DNA of 64,000 nucleotides from Rhina ancylostomus (GCA_030265395.1 JARFYF010000104.1:61869215-61933214); one strand, 5' to 3'. Positions 50,975-63,608 are shown, counted from the first letter of the stretch. Notes: a model not told the origin generated them from the letters alone. Translations and numbers: made by a program.

Positions 50975-51712
50975 GGAGGATCAGCAGTGGATGGAGTCAG
51001 CAGCTTTCAATCCCTGGGCATTAACATATCAAATGACCTGTCCTGGGCCCAGCACATAGATGCAATTATTAGGAAAGTGTGCCAGTGTCTTTACTTTCTT
51101 AGGAGATTCAGTAGGTTTGGCTTGTCACCGAACACTCTAACAAGCTTCTGCAGATGTACTGTTGAAAGTATCCTGACTGGTTGCTTCATGGTCTGGTCCG
51201 GCAATTCAAATGCACAGAAACGTAAGAAGCTACAGAGAATAGTGGACTTTGCCCAATACATCAGAGCACATTTCTCTCCACTACTGGTAGTATCTACAGG
51301 AGATACTGCCTCAAGAAGGTAACATCTAACATCAAATATCCCTGCCATCTGGGCCTTGCCATCTTTTTGCAGCTGCCATTGGGCAGGAGGTACAGAGCCT
51401 GAAGTCCCACACCACCAGGTTCAATAACAGCTACTTTCCTTCAACCATTCATTTCTTGAACCAACCTGCAAAACCCTAATCACTACAGTTTAACAACACC
51501 ATGACCACTTTGCACTGAAATGGACTTTGTTTTTCTTTGTTCTCATTGTGTTTTCTTTTTAAAATTTTGCATAATTTATGTGTAATTTACATTTTTTCTT
51601 GTGGATGCTATTTGTATAGTGCTATGTGGCTGTGATGGCTGCTGCAAGTTTTTCATTGCACCTGTGCATACACGTAATTGTGCCCATGACAATAAACTTG
51701 ACTTTGACTTTT
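50975..51712 (+). mobile_element. Rex1/Babar LINE 3' portion, different subfamily
   Basis: SSFQSLGINISNDLSWAQHIDAI.RK..QCLYFLRR...CRCTVESILTGCF.VW.GN; ends aataaacttgactttgactt. Confidence 0.9.
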
Positions 51713-51764
51713 GAAGATGGTAACTTCTTATTGTTCAGATAATAATAATGTCATTTGAAATGTT

Positions 51765-51960
51765 GAAGATGAAAACCACTATGATGCTGGAGGAACTCAG
51801 CAGGCCAGGCAGCATCCATGGAGAAAAGCTGAAGAAAGGTCCTGACCCGAAACGTTGACCGCCTGCTTTTCTCCACGGTTGCTGCCTGGCCTGCTGAGTT
51901 CCTCCAGCATCATCATGTTTTTCATCTTGATTCCAGCATCTGCAGTCCTTTATTTCTCTA
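51765..51960 (+). mobile_element. Fold-back Penelope-type element with hammerhead-like core and 12-bp TSD
   Basis: Arms of about 60 bp (51766-51829 / 51865-51928); loop ctgaaga-aaggtcctgaccc-gaaacgtt; atttgaaatgtt at 51753-51764 and 51961-51972. Confidence 0.8.
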
Positions 51961-52520
51961 ATTTGAAATGTTAATCAGGGCCCTGTCTGCTCTTTCAGAT
52001 TAACAAAACTGACCCATATATACAACCTCAAAGAGATTAAAGTTGTTTTTAATGATGATATATTTACTCACAATGCACAATAGCACAGCTAGTAGAGTTG
52101 CTGCCTCACAGCTTCAGTACCCAGGTTCAATCCTTAACTTGCATAGAACTTGCACCATCTCCCTTAGACAGCATGGTTTCCTCTGGGTGCTCCAGTTTCC
52201 TTACAAATTCCAAAGATGTTAAGATTGGTGGGTTAATTGGCCCCGTAAATTCTTCCTTATATGTAGGTGAACGGTAGAATCTGGGGAGAGTCAATGGGAA
52301 TCAAATAGGATTAGTATAAATGGGTACTTGATGGTTGGCATAGACCCAGTGGGCCAAAGGGCTTGTTCCCATGCTATCTGACTCTGTGACTATCACCTCA
52401 AAATGGTAATCTTATTGCCTGCTGGATTTGGAAGCTCACTTTATGCGAATTGGCTGCTGTTTTCTCCTTTTCAACACTGGTCTTCAAAGAATCGATAAAG
52501 GTTTTTGGAATATCTTGAGA
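51961..52520 (+). mobile_element. SacSINE1/DeuSINE-like remnant split by a V-SINE
   Basis: gttaatcagggccctgtctgctctttcag ... tgcgaattggctgctgttttctcc..cttcaaaga. Confidence 0.5.
52072..52392 (+). mobile_element. V-SINE/HE1-like SINE
   Basis: cacagctagtagagttgctgcctcacagc..ggttcaatcc..ggtttcctctgggtgctccagtttcc..gggccaaagggcttgttcccatgct. Confidence 0.85.
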
Positions 52521-54877
52521 TTCTTTCATTGCTTTGCTTCCTTCTGTCAACAAGTACCATCCATGAAGTTTGAAGTTATTATGTACAAAATTAATATTTC
52601 TATTTGTTCTATGACTATAGTGAAAACAAAGTACTTGGGATTATAATTGAAATTATAGTTTTTATCTGAATTGCTGCAGATGCAGACAAAGGCAAAGAAA
52701 ATGTTGATCAATAACACATTTTGTTTTCTCTACATTGCTAAAATCTTTTGTGCATTACTGACTGGTTTGAGAAACAGCTTACACTTAAGTGAATCTTTTT
52801 ATCACAGTTTGTTGGTCTGCCAGGGAAAAGATCAAGTTACACCTTTAATCTTTGAAACATAAATTTCATTACATGAAGAGTAGTTATCAGAAAGGTGGAA
52901 GGTGATGATTTTGGAGCGTTCACTGTCAGAATCAATTTAAGCTGATTATTAGTTCCCCTTTGATATGTATGATTTAACAGTTTAATCAGATGTCGAAAGT
53001 ACAGTGATAGAGAAAATTATAGGTTCCCTATGTGTCAAGGGAAAGAATTTTAACTGCTTAGGACAGATAAGGGATCCATTTTGACACAGGTGTGGGAAGG
53101 CCAGTCAGTTTAATTTCAATCAATTAATGAAAGTCTCCTCTCCAGGCTTTCCAAAATTTAATTGCATTCTACAAAGTGAAACCATCTATCACATGTGTCC
53201 AACTTAACTAACAGAGAATCTGATGAATCTAAGTTTTTCAAATAAGCTTTTGCTAAATGGAAAAGAAACAAATATTTCAATTTTTTAAAAGGATAATTGA
53301 ACTGTGTTTTCAACTGGGTTCTGGGTGACAGAACTATTCTGCTTTTAGCCCCCAATATCAATTAAAAGTCTCAGATCATTAAAATATATATTTTATGCAG
53401 GTAGAACAAAAAGTTATCCATTCACTGTTCTTGTAAATACAAATAAAAGATTCATATGTTCACTCTTTGTAACAAAATTGTTTAACACCTTTTATTAGAA
53501 CACTTCTGTAATCATTGTTGAAACAGGAATCATGAATCTGTTATTCCATACTCATAATGCCATTGCCCAGAGAAATTCAGATCAATAAATGTCATGAAAG
53601 CTGCAGAAAAATAGGAAGGTAGCAGAGTATATCTACATCTGCTTTAAGTAGATGGCAGAGACAGGATGTGGGAAATTCATAAGCTTATGGAAATGGGGGT
53701 GCCATGACATCAATAGGACCCCAATGCAATTTGGAAGTCATAGAAAGTCATTCTGCCAATTTTTTTTTGTGTTGGCTGTGCTGACTTTGGCCAAAAGTCC
53801 CTTGAGATCTCTGTGGTAGAAATTGGACAGCACGAATAAACATTTTGGAAGCTATTAAATATTGACAGATTTTTCTTATTCAAATCAATAGCCAAATCGT
53901 GCTGAGCTTTGGGAAACAAAGGAAATGAATACTTTCTTTATGTTATTCATTTCAACTCTGGAGTTACACAGTGGTGAATCATATACAATGAAAGTCAATG
54001 TAATACTTGCTTTCAGTATGACTGCTATAACTGCACTAAAATATTGTACAATCACTCAAGAATGTTTTGAGAAAGTCAACTTTGTCTTTTTAATTCTCTG
54101 GTAATCAAATTGGATGAATAGTTTTCTTTAGATTGGGGAATAAACCAATGTTTCTTCCACACTTTGTGCAGGTTTTGTTCAATACAAATGTTTCAAAGGC
54201 ATGTTTGTTAATTTTCCACATACATATTATTATTTCCAATAAGCATGGATCTTTTATTCCACCTTCAGAATAACAAAATAATGTTCTTCTTTTTCTAACT
54301 AGCATTATTTTTTAAGAGGAATGGAAATATAAGTGGAAAGAAAATGAGTAATATTTCTGTGGCGAGCTTGCGACAGTTTTTGGTAATACCCCTGTTATTA
54401 TGTTGTTCTTGATATTTTAGTGCCTTTGCTACTTTAGTATTTTGTTTTATCATGATATAGTGTATGAGCTGGAAACTTACAATACTGGTGAGCCCAAGAA
54501 AGCAGGAGTATCTCTCCATCTACCGGTAGCCCAAGAGTGGAAATCTGTATACTATTATTGAAAGCAAGTGCAAAAATGTGATTTCTAAGTTGTATTCTAT
54601 GCTGCAGCTTATTGTGTTATCTGAACCCTTTGATTATATCACTGCTCTGTAATCATTTCCATGACCTTACAGTTCACTATACTTAACATTATTACAGTGC
54701 TCTGTATTTTTTGGTTAAACCTTACTTCAATAGAGTTAAAGATGAAATGCAAAGATTCTGTTGCAAACTTAGATTTTTGGCTGTTAAGGGTACAGAATCT
54801 TCCAATTTTACAATTTTGAGAAATTATGCTAAAACTGATGTTCTTTGCCACATTTTATTGTTTATTTGAGAATCAAA

Positions 54878-54988
54878 CACTGCAGATCGTGAACATCAGA
54901 AATAAAAACACAAAATACTGGAAACACTCAGCAGGTCTGGCTGCATCAGTGGAATCTGACCTGCTGAGTGTTTCCAGCATTTTGTTCA
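54878..54988. mobile_element. Fold-back element with the core deleted
   Basis: acaaaatactggaaacactcagcaggtc / gacctgctgagtgtttccagcattttgt. Confidence 0.7.
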
Positions 54989-55055
54989 TAGATTACTTGT
55001 TTATTCATGTAGTTTCTGAGCAAAGTGATCTCTGTAGTAAATACAAAAACTTGTA

Positions 55056-55468
55056 AGCACTTAACACCAGACTCAAGGACAGCTTCTATCCCAATGTTAT
55101 CAATCTCTTCAATGGTAATCTCACATGCTAAAGATGAATTCTTGATCTCCCAATCTACCTCATTGTGGCCCTTGCATTTTATTTGATTACCTCCTCTGAA
55201 CTTTCTCTGTAGCTGCTACAATAAATTCTGCATTGTTTTCTTTTTACAACTTTGATGTACTTATGTATGGCGTTATCTGCCTGGATGGCACACAAACAAA
55301 AGTTTTTCACTATTATCTNNNNNNNNNNNNNNNNNNNNNNNNNNNNNNNNNNNNNNNNNNNNNNNNNNNNNNNNNNNNNNNNNNNNNNNNNNNNNNNNNN
55401 NNNNNNNNNNNNNNNNNNTTTCACTATTATCTCAGTACATGTGACAATAATAAACCAATTCCAATAAT
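55056..55468 (+). mobile_element. Rex1/Babar 3' end spanning a gap
   Basis: TRLKDSFYP then a 3' UTR like 42200-42432. Confidence 0.8.
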
Positions 55469-56227
55469 AACTTGAAATGAAAAGTAATCAGGAATTTGAA
55501 TCTAAAAATGTAGATGACAATCTTAGAAAAAAATTGAAATGTAGGGTAGATGTTATTATCATTTTCATTGCAAGTGGTTGAAAATGACAAGAGTAACTTT
55601 TACACTATATTAGTCCTATCTGTTTATACCAGTGCCCAATTTCTTTACAAATTGGATTACAACTGGTTGGAACTATGTGCTTGATCATGCAGGATCTGGT
55701 TTGCCACCACAGGATTGCCATCCTTTGTTCCTGTATGGCAGGATTTACCTGGACCAAATGCCAAGGGTAACCTCACTGGCCCACAGCACCCATGAGTTGG
55801 GCATTGAGATCCAAATGAAAACTTGGCCTTTCCTGGTTTAGTGCAGAAGTCTTGCCCCCAGAACACCCCTGACAGGCTGTAACAGAAGCCTGACATATGT
55901 AAATGTCTCTGGAAGATCATGGCCCCGGAAATGACAATGAAAATTATTCTTATGACAGTGACTTTGGAAATCCAACTGTGTAATATGGTTGCAGTTCCCA
56001 GTGAATGACTGTATTCTTTTTACCATTATCTTACCCAGAAGGTATGCAGAAAAAGCATTGAATGGCCTCCTTTCATGTATTTTATCTTTAGATGAAAAAC
56101 TAAAATGCTATGCAAACTCCTTGCAAGAAAAAATAGATCACAAACAAAATCCTACCATGAAAGTGAATATATTAGCTCTTTTGATGGGTTAATAGCTAAA
56201 ATGTTAAATGCCAACTTATGTGGACCT

Positions 56228-56330
56228 ACACTGTTTCTCTTCCCACAGATGTGGCCTGACCTGCAGATTATTTCCAGCATTTCCTGTGTTTATTTTAGAT
56301 TTCCAGCATCTGCAGTATTTTTGATTTTCA
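56228..56330 (+). mobile_element. Right arm of the fold-back element family
   Basis: ctgtttctct..cacagatg..cctgacctgc..tttccagcattt..agatttccagcatctgcag. Confidence 0.65.
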
Positions 56331-56909
56331 CAAACCTACTAGAGCTATCATAATTTGGTGAAAGTAGAAAAATTTCCAATGAGAAATCAGTTAGAAGCTT
56401 ATATGTTCAATAAAAGAAATGCCACAATTTTCAACACATATTGCTCATGCATAACCAGAAGTGTTTCTTCTGACCCCAATGTTAACTTCATGGTTAACGT
56501 ATGCATTGGTATAACATAAGAAATCTATTTGCTTCATTATTTTCTGAATGATGGAAAAATGACATACTGACTATTCATGTAACATTCCAGCTTCAGTGCT
56601 AAAGACAAGTGCCCCAGAACCAACTTGTCTCCCTGCACAAGTTGCCCCAATTGGGCTACAATTTAGGCATCTGCCTGGTGGTGTGAAAAAAAATGCTCAA
56701 AAGGACAAAAGACAAAATAAATCCTAAATGACTAACACTGTCCATCAAGGTGCTTTCAATTCTCATCATGGCGTGAATGGTTTTTCCAACACTGCAGTCA
56801 AGCAACACTCATTTACCAATAACCTACTCACTGATACTCAGCTTGTGTACTGCCATGATCTATCAGTAATAGACCTTGTTATAACCTCAGTGAAAATATG
56901 CAAAAAAAA

Positions 56910-57805
56910 TGTATAATTCCAGAGGCAAAGTAAAAGGGACACTGCCTGGTTCATGGCAGAATTGGGCAGAATGTTGTAATAAGGAGCACTTGTAGAATTC
57001 AAGTCAATGGGACTCAGGACGAAACATTCTACTGGCTAAAGTTGCACTAGCACAAAGTAAGAAAGAATTACCAGTTGGAAATCAATTATCTCAGCCCCAG
57101 GAAATTACTACAGAGTCCCTCATCATAATGTCCTAGATCCAATTATTTTCAGCTCCCCATAATGACGTTCCTTCCATCATGTCGGAAATAGGAATATTCT
57201 CAACTCCTCATATAATTGTCATGGTTCTGAGTACTGGTCCTCGATATGGCCCCTCAGATGCCTTGTTGTACAGCACATGGATGCCATGCTGGACTGATTG
57301 TATAATGGCACACACCTGAGCCCCATCAGGGGCCTAGCATAAGTACCTGAGTTTCTCTAGCACTAGTTGCCAGAGTATTGGTCTANNNNNNNNNNNNNNN
57401 NNNNNNNNNNNNNNNNNNNNNNNNNNNNNNNNNNNNNNNNNNNNNNNNNNNNNNNNNNNNNNNNNNNNNNNNNNNNNNNNNNNNNTAATAGTCTAGAACT
57501 TTAATAACATCCAGGACAAAGTATTATACATCTAGTATCCTAAATGTTTGCTTTCTTTGCTGTTAAAGCATTGTAGTAACTCGAATGGGCTTCTTTGACA
57601 GCACCTTCCAAATCCATGATGCTTTTACTTTCAGTTTCCCCTCCAAATCGTCCACCATAATGAAAATATATTGCTATTCCTTCATTTCTACTGGGTCTAA
57701 ATCCAACAGCATTGTGGGAGTACTTTAACCATAAGGATTCCTGTTGGGGGCAATTATGGATGAGCAGTAAATGCTCACCTTGTACAGCAACATACATGTC
57801 ATGTG
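56910..57805 (+). mobile_element. Second CR1-superfamily LINE fragments interrupted by the LTR-like repeat and a gap
   Basis: Decayed RT (gtccctca..gtcctagatccaa..tcagc..aatgac.ttcc) and 3' end (cagcaccttccaaa..attgctattccttcatt..gatgagcagtaaatgct). Confidence 0.5.
57217..57385 (+). mobile_element. Second copy of the LTR-like repeat, truncated by a gap
   Basis: Starts tgtcatggttctgagtactg, colinear with 20781-20950. Confidence 0.65.
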
Positions 57806-60800
57806 AGAGAGTTTAAAAAGACAACAAATAAGAATTTTGGAAGCTTGGGTGGATAATTTCTGCAAAATTGCTCATCATAAGTGAAAAACATCCTGTATCA
57901 ATAATGGTAACAAGGAAAGGCCCTTTTCTTTAGTCATTTGAAATTTCTTACTGGCTGCAAGTTATCCACATCTAAGAAATAAATGGCATATAGGAGAACT
58001 ACGCAGAAGATGAATTTTTCTGTGTGTTTCGATGTACATGTAACTAATAAAGATATATCTTAAAACTAGACAGAATTAGAAATGATCAGTCATAACATAG
58101 AATTGTAAATAGCCTTCAACATTGAACAAAATGTATACTACAGAGTTTGTCTGTGTTTGAATTTGTGAGTCAATCTGTCACTGGCACTGATTAAAACTGC
58201 TACATATAGAAAGTGAATAACGTTTTAAGACAATTACAAGCAACATCAGTAGGATTCAGCCCAGCAGTTGCTTAATGTTCAAAATATGCACGTGAATAAT
58301 ACAATGTCCCAGAATTTTCACTTAGCATCACTTGCCTCTGACTTACAAAGACATTTTGTGATAGCTTCCTCGGATTCACCCAGTGGGAAATTGTTCTGAG
58401 AAGGCAGCCCGGTTTTCTGTGGGAGGCACTTTAAGGTGTGCCAGGGTGGTGGGTGTGGTGGGGGGGAGGGCGGGTGGCTGGGAGAATGGGTGGTGCAGGA
58501 GAAACTCTGCCCATGGACCTGCTGAACCTACTGAAACCGCATTGACATAAGGAAGGCCATATCCTCTGCCACTGATGGCTGTCAAAACTCTCGAATATTT
58601 CTGATTAAGTTTAACATTCAGAAGTAATCAAAAACTATTAAAAATCATTGCTATTTCAAAAAAAACCTTTCTCTCCACATACTCTTGGATCTATTTTGTG
58701 TTGCTTGAAACTAATGATTTGAGTTTTTGAGTCATTTAAAAATAAATTGTCATTCTAAGCTGTTTGCTTCAGTCAAGAAAGCTGCATTGGACCTTGAAAG
58801 AAAGTTTTAGTTTGCTACTTAAACAGAAGAATTATTTAAATATATTACTACTGTTTTGGAAGATATCATAAACTCTAAAACTGGTAGCTTGTTAGTGCAA
58901 GGTGACCCAGCAAGCAATAATATCTGTATACACTACAGCGTTAGGCTGACTTATTAAAGTTGCTATGACAAAGGTCCTTGTAACTGACTGGCACAAATGA
59001 ACATGACTTCACAAACAGAGCCTGAGCCAAGAACTTTCCTAAGTGTTTTGTACTTTGCATTCAATATCCTCATTTAAAACTTTTTTTAAACAGATGCTAA
59101 TAAATCTGCTGCATTTGATTATTTATGCAGCTGCCTCTAAATTGGTGATATAAAGTTGCCACATGCTGTTTAATGCAGAGCAAATCATGGAAGGAAGAAC
59201 ATGGCAAACTAATGTTCTCATTCATTCACCATGGTAGTGGGTAATTACTATTGTTTCAGTATGAAAGCCAATGAAAGAATTTGCAATATAAAATAAATAT
59301 GCAATACAAAAAGTGTTCTGGCATTCAATACCAGTGCACTGATTTCACAGTGACCAATCTGTAAAGGATTTGGCAACAGGAGACATGTTGTTTTACAGAT
59401 GGAAAAGGTTTAGCTTTTGCATATTTACTCCAAGAATCTGCTGTTGTTTAAACTATAATACATGAACAGATAGAACAACTGAATGAACTTAACTTTTAAA
59501 AATAGTGGGAATCCATGGCCAACTTTAGAGAACATTTATTGCAGTGTGGACTAATTATGTTTTTCTTCTACTGGCAAAATAATGATCAAATTATTGCTTT
59601 TGCAAGTAACATGGTTAAAACCTAGACTGAACATTTTGTTTTCTTCAGTTGTTTGAACTGTTAAAGCATTTGGCCAACCTTTAGGAATAGAAATAAAGAC
59701 TCAGATTCCTTTTGCAATGCAGGTAATTGCACAATAATAGAATTTTAATAGAGTTAATAACAATTAGTGTTTTTTTATCAATTAGGCAAAAGTAGACTCA
59801 GAAATGCCACAAGAAACCATAGGTTTATGATTACCTTTCTCTTCCCAATGTTTCAAATTACTCATACCCTCAAATTTCTTGAAGGAAATTTATCAATTTG
59901 CACTGAATAAATCCATTTTAAGTGTTTCCATTGTATCCCTGGAGAATCAGTTCCAAAGATTTCACTCCCTTTCAGTGAAATGCTTACTCTAATATTTATA
60001 GGGATGGTACAGAGTAGCTGAAAAAATGACCATAGAACCAAATATAGCTGACGGCATAGAGATCCTGCTAAAGTTAACGGGGGAATTGTATTATCATTCT
60101 TTGGATCTGTTTCCTGCCCAGCAGCCACTTATGTCAAGAGATTGGTCTGTGGCCTGGAGGGGAAACCAACAGTAAGAGGCCACAGCTGGGAACCTTTAGG
60201 AATGGTTCCTAACAACTGGGAGTAGACAGAGCATGTAGTGGTGGATTATGGAAGGAAGCATGTGATGGGTGGAGTTTCCCAATCAGAAAGNNNNNNNNNN
60301 NNNNNNNNNNNNNNNNNNNNNNNNNNNNNNNNNNNNNNNNNNNNNNNNNNNNNNNNNNNNNNNNNNNNNNNNNNNNNNNNNNNNNNNNNNGGGGAGGCAG
60401 AGGGAAAGATTTACAGAGGGGTAGGTTAAGCCTTTTTTTAGGCCTTAGAGGGAAACAGTACAGTTCTGCTGGACAATAAAGGACACTGCTAAAGAGAAAG
60501 GTGAAATTAAAGCTGTCCAGGTGGCAGTCCCTGATTCCCCTTCTCAATCCTGAGTAGTTCATGCAGCAATAGTACATTTAAGTCAAGTTCCCGTCTTACA
60601 TGGTGAGAGCCTGGATAAATTCACTTAGAAGATGAAATAGTTCAAAGGAAGACGGTGGGAAGTTGACAAAGGAATGCAGTAGGTTGAAAGGAATTGTGCA
60701 GATACGCCAAGAGGACAAAGCAGGACTAATAACACAGCTTAAGAAGAGTAAGAGGATTTTGGGAAAAACAAAGGCACTTGTATTTTTAACAGGTTCTGTA

Positions 60801-60994
60801 GATGAGCAAATAAATTGAGACCTCATCATCAATAAGGTATTTAACCCTGGAAATTGTTGTTTGCAATGAAATAGTCATTTTGTAAATCACTAAAATGCAT
60901 TTCAGTCACTGGCTGCCAACAGGAGATTCAGTAGCATCTGAGGCTTTACTATGTTGCCATTACACATTTCACTTTGCCTGTTGGGAAAATACAG

Positions 60995-61385
60995 TATTTG
61001 GGTCTTAGAAGAATGTCAGTGGACAGAGGCCTTATTGATACTGAGAGTTTGGGGGCTGAGGATGGTTGGGAGACATCAGAGGTGATACACATGTAAACAT
61101 CAGAAACTCAAATGGTGCCTGGGTCTACAGAGATGTTGGCTGGCTATTAAACACTTGCTTATGATGGAGGATGGAGGATGCAGGATGTGGAAGGGAAAGT
61201 GGTGGAGATCAGAAACTCAATTAGGAGCTTAATGTGAGGAATCAGGTTCGTGGAATTGTGGTTGGGTTCTGGTCCATCAGGCAGAGTGGTCAGTGAGAAC
61301 AGTTAAATGAGGGATGATCAGGTTATGAGGGTGGTGGGACTGAGTAGAGTACTAATCCAGGATTGCATTAGAAAATGTCTCAAAA
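60995..61385 (-). mobile_element. Old L2-like LINE fragment
   Basis: Purine/G-rich antisense pattern typical of L2 ORF (gaaagtggtggagatcagaaac..gaggaatcagg); motifs are weak. Confidence 0.35.
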
Positions 61386-61499
61386 GTGACCAACATCAGT
61401 CATTCCATGGAACAACCTGGTCCAGTTTCCCTCGCAACACTCTAAAAGAAGCATTGCAAGAGGAAGAAATGTTATTTTGCAGTAAATGGCAGGACGCCT

Positions 61500-62372
61500 C
61501 GGAGCACTGATGTACAGAGTGAGTGCAAGCCCATAGCTTCCTTAAGGTGACAACACAAGTGGATATGGTTATAAAGAAGGCATATGGCATGCTTGTCTTC
61601 ATCAAAAGGGATATTGAATATAATATTAGGGAAGTATCATTGCAACTGCATAAAACCTCAGTTAGGCCACATTGGAGTACTGTGTGCAGTTCTGGTCAGC
61701 ACATTAAAGAATGTAAATGGTGGCTTTGAAGAGCATGTAAAAGATGTTCACCAGGATGTTGCATGGATTATGGAGTATTGGTGAGAAGGAGAGGTTGGGC
61801 AAACTTAGATTGTTTTCTCTGGAGCATCNNNNNNNNNNNNNNNNNNNNNNNNNNNNNNNNNNNNNNNNNNNNNNNNNNNNNNNNNNNNNNNNNNNNNNNN
61901 NNNNNNNNNNNNNNNNNNNNNNNNNNNNGTATGGTTGAGAAGGAGAGGTTGGGCAAACTTAGATTGTTTTCTCTGGAGCATCGGATGCTGAGGGGTGACC
62001 TTATAGAAGTATATACAATTATGAGAGGCATAGATAGGGTAGATAGAGTCTTTTTCCAGAGTGTAAATATCAACTAATAGAGGGAGTAGCTTCAAGGTGT
62101 GAGGGGAAAAGTTTAAAGGAAATGTGAGAGGCAAGGTTTTTTTTGCAGAAGGAGTGGTAGGTGCCTGGAACGCGCTGCTAGGGGTGGTGGTAGAAGCAAA
62201 TATGATTACAACTTTTAAGAGGCATTCAGACAGGCACATGCACAGGTAGGGAATGGAGGGATATAGACCATGTGCAGGCAGATGAAATGAGTTTCATTTG
62301 GCATTGTGGTCAGCACAGATATCATGGGCTGAAGGACCTGCTGCTGCACTATACTGTTCTATGTTCAATGTG
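61500..62372 (+). mobile_element. CR1 3' portion
   Basis: QVDMVIKKAYGMLVFI.RDIEY..RPH; ERLGKLRLFSLEHRMLRGDLIEVY.IMRGIDRVD; tail gaaggacctgctgctgcactatactgttctatgttc. Confidence 0.92.
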
Positions 62373-62761
62373 GTATTTGATCCATGTTTCATGCCAGGAA
62401 ATGCCCAGTTGAATTTGCAAAGTGATGTGATAAGACCTGAAATACCTATGATCTTTCATTCTGGGAAAATTTCTGGTTTTGATGGACAAGTGTAGCTTAT
62501 TCTGCCAATTAATGAGATTGTGTCTGATCTACAACCTAATCTGAAATACCTAATATCTTTTAATACCTCTAACTATCACAAATCAATCTATTTCAGATTT
62601 AAAATTAACAATTGACTTTGCATCAATTGCCATTTGAGAAGAAGAATTCCAAGTTATGCTGTTATGTTAGGCATGTTAAATAAGGCTGTAGTAAATTTCC
62701 AATGAGGTTGAAAATTGATCTGGACTAAACTTAATTCTACCCGGGGGTGATCCTGCTATAA

Positions 62762-62960
62762 AAGCAAAATGCAGTGGATACTGAAAACCTGAAGTAAAAA
62801 CAGCAGATGCTGGAAATTCTCAGCATCTACAGAGTTAATGTTCCATTCTCAAATGGAGAAGCTAGCAATGTTGAAGCAGGGAAAGGATGAAGCAAGAATG
62901 AACAGAAGGGATGCCCTGTAATAGCAAGGAAAGTGGGAAAGATTAAATGAGAGTATGATG
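62762..62960 (-). mobile_element. Left arm of the fold-back family plus adjacent Penelope-like flank
   Basis: aaatgcagtggatactgaaaacctgaagtaaaaacagcagatgctggaaattctcagca..cagagttaatgtt, as at 9750-9833. Confidence 0.5.
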
Positions 62961-63174
62961 TTGCAGTGTAAAAGAGGATGTTGGTGGTATCAAGTTGAGA
63001 AACAAATAATATGCCTTTGATCTCTTCTTCTATCAACCAACATTGACAATAAGGTAATTTCCTCCCACAGCCGCACTGACTACACTGCTCACTCTCTTCC
63101 ATATAATTCTGTTCTCCAATTTACTTTGTCTTTCTCAAATCTTGTCTAACAATTTCACCTTCCCTAACACTGGA

Positions 63175-63365
63175 GCATAAGAACAAGAGTAGAGCATTTA
63201 GTCCTTTGAACCCTCTTCACCATTCAGTAAGATCATGGGCCATCTGTGACCTAACTCTATGTTCCTATTTTGTCATGTACCCCTCAGCAGTTTTAAATTG
63301 CTCAATTTTAGATTTTAAAATAGCAATTTACCAACAAGAGTTGGTATTTGTAGAATAGGGTTCTA
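63175..63365 (-). mobile_element. CR1 3' tail
   Basis: cataagaacaagagtagagcatttagtcc..caccattcagtaagatcatgg. Confidence 0.6.
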
Positions 63366-63404
63366 AACTACTACTACTTCTTGCTAATACGTCACTATTC
63401 CGTC

Positions 63405-63608
63405 ACTATTTCCACTCTCCCCTTCTCCATCTGTCTATCACCTCTCCTCACCTGGATCACTTGATAGCTCTTTCTTCACCCCTTCCTTCACCTTTTTATA
63501 CTATCTCCCCTCTACCTTTCAGTCCAGACAAAGGGTCTTGACCCGAAATGTTGACTGTCCATTTCCCTCCACAGAAGCTGCCTGACCTGCAGAGTTCCTC
63601 CAGCACCT
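63405..63608 (+). mobile_element. Penelope-type terminus: pyrimidine-rich tract, hammerhead-like motif, right arm
   Basis: cagtc-cagacaa-a-gggtcttgaccc-gaaa-tgtt-gactg at 63520-63557, then gctgcctgacctgcagagttcctccagca. Confidence 0.65.

Noticed and set aside
55303-55432. tttcactattatct repeated
   Set aside because: Flanks a 100-N gap and the LINE tail reads straight through; artefact.
61779-61982. About 50-bp duplication within the CR1
   Set aside because: Straddles a 100-N gap; most likely an unmerged contig overlap.
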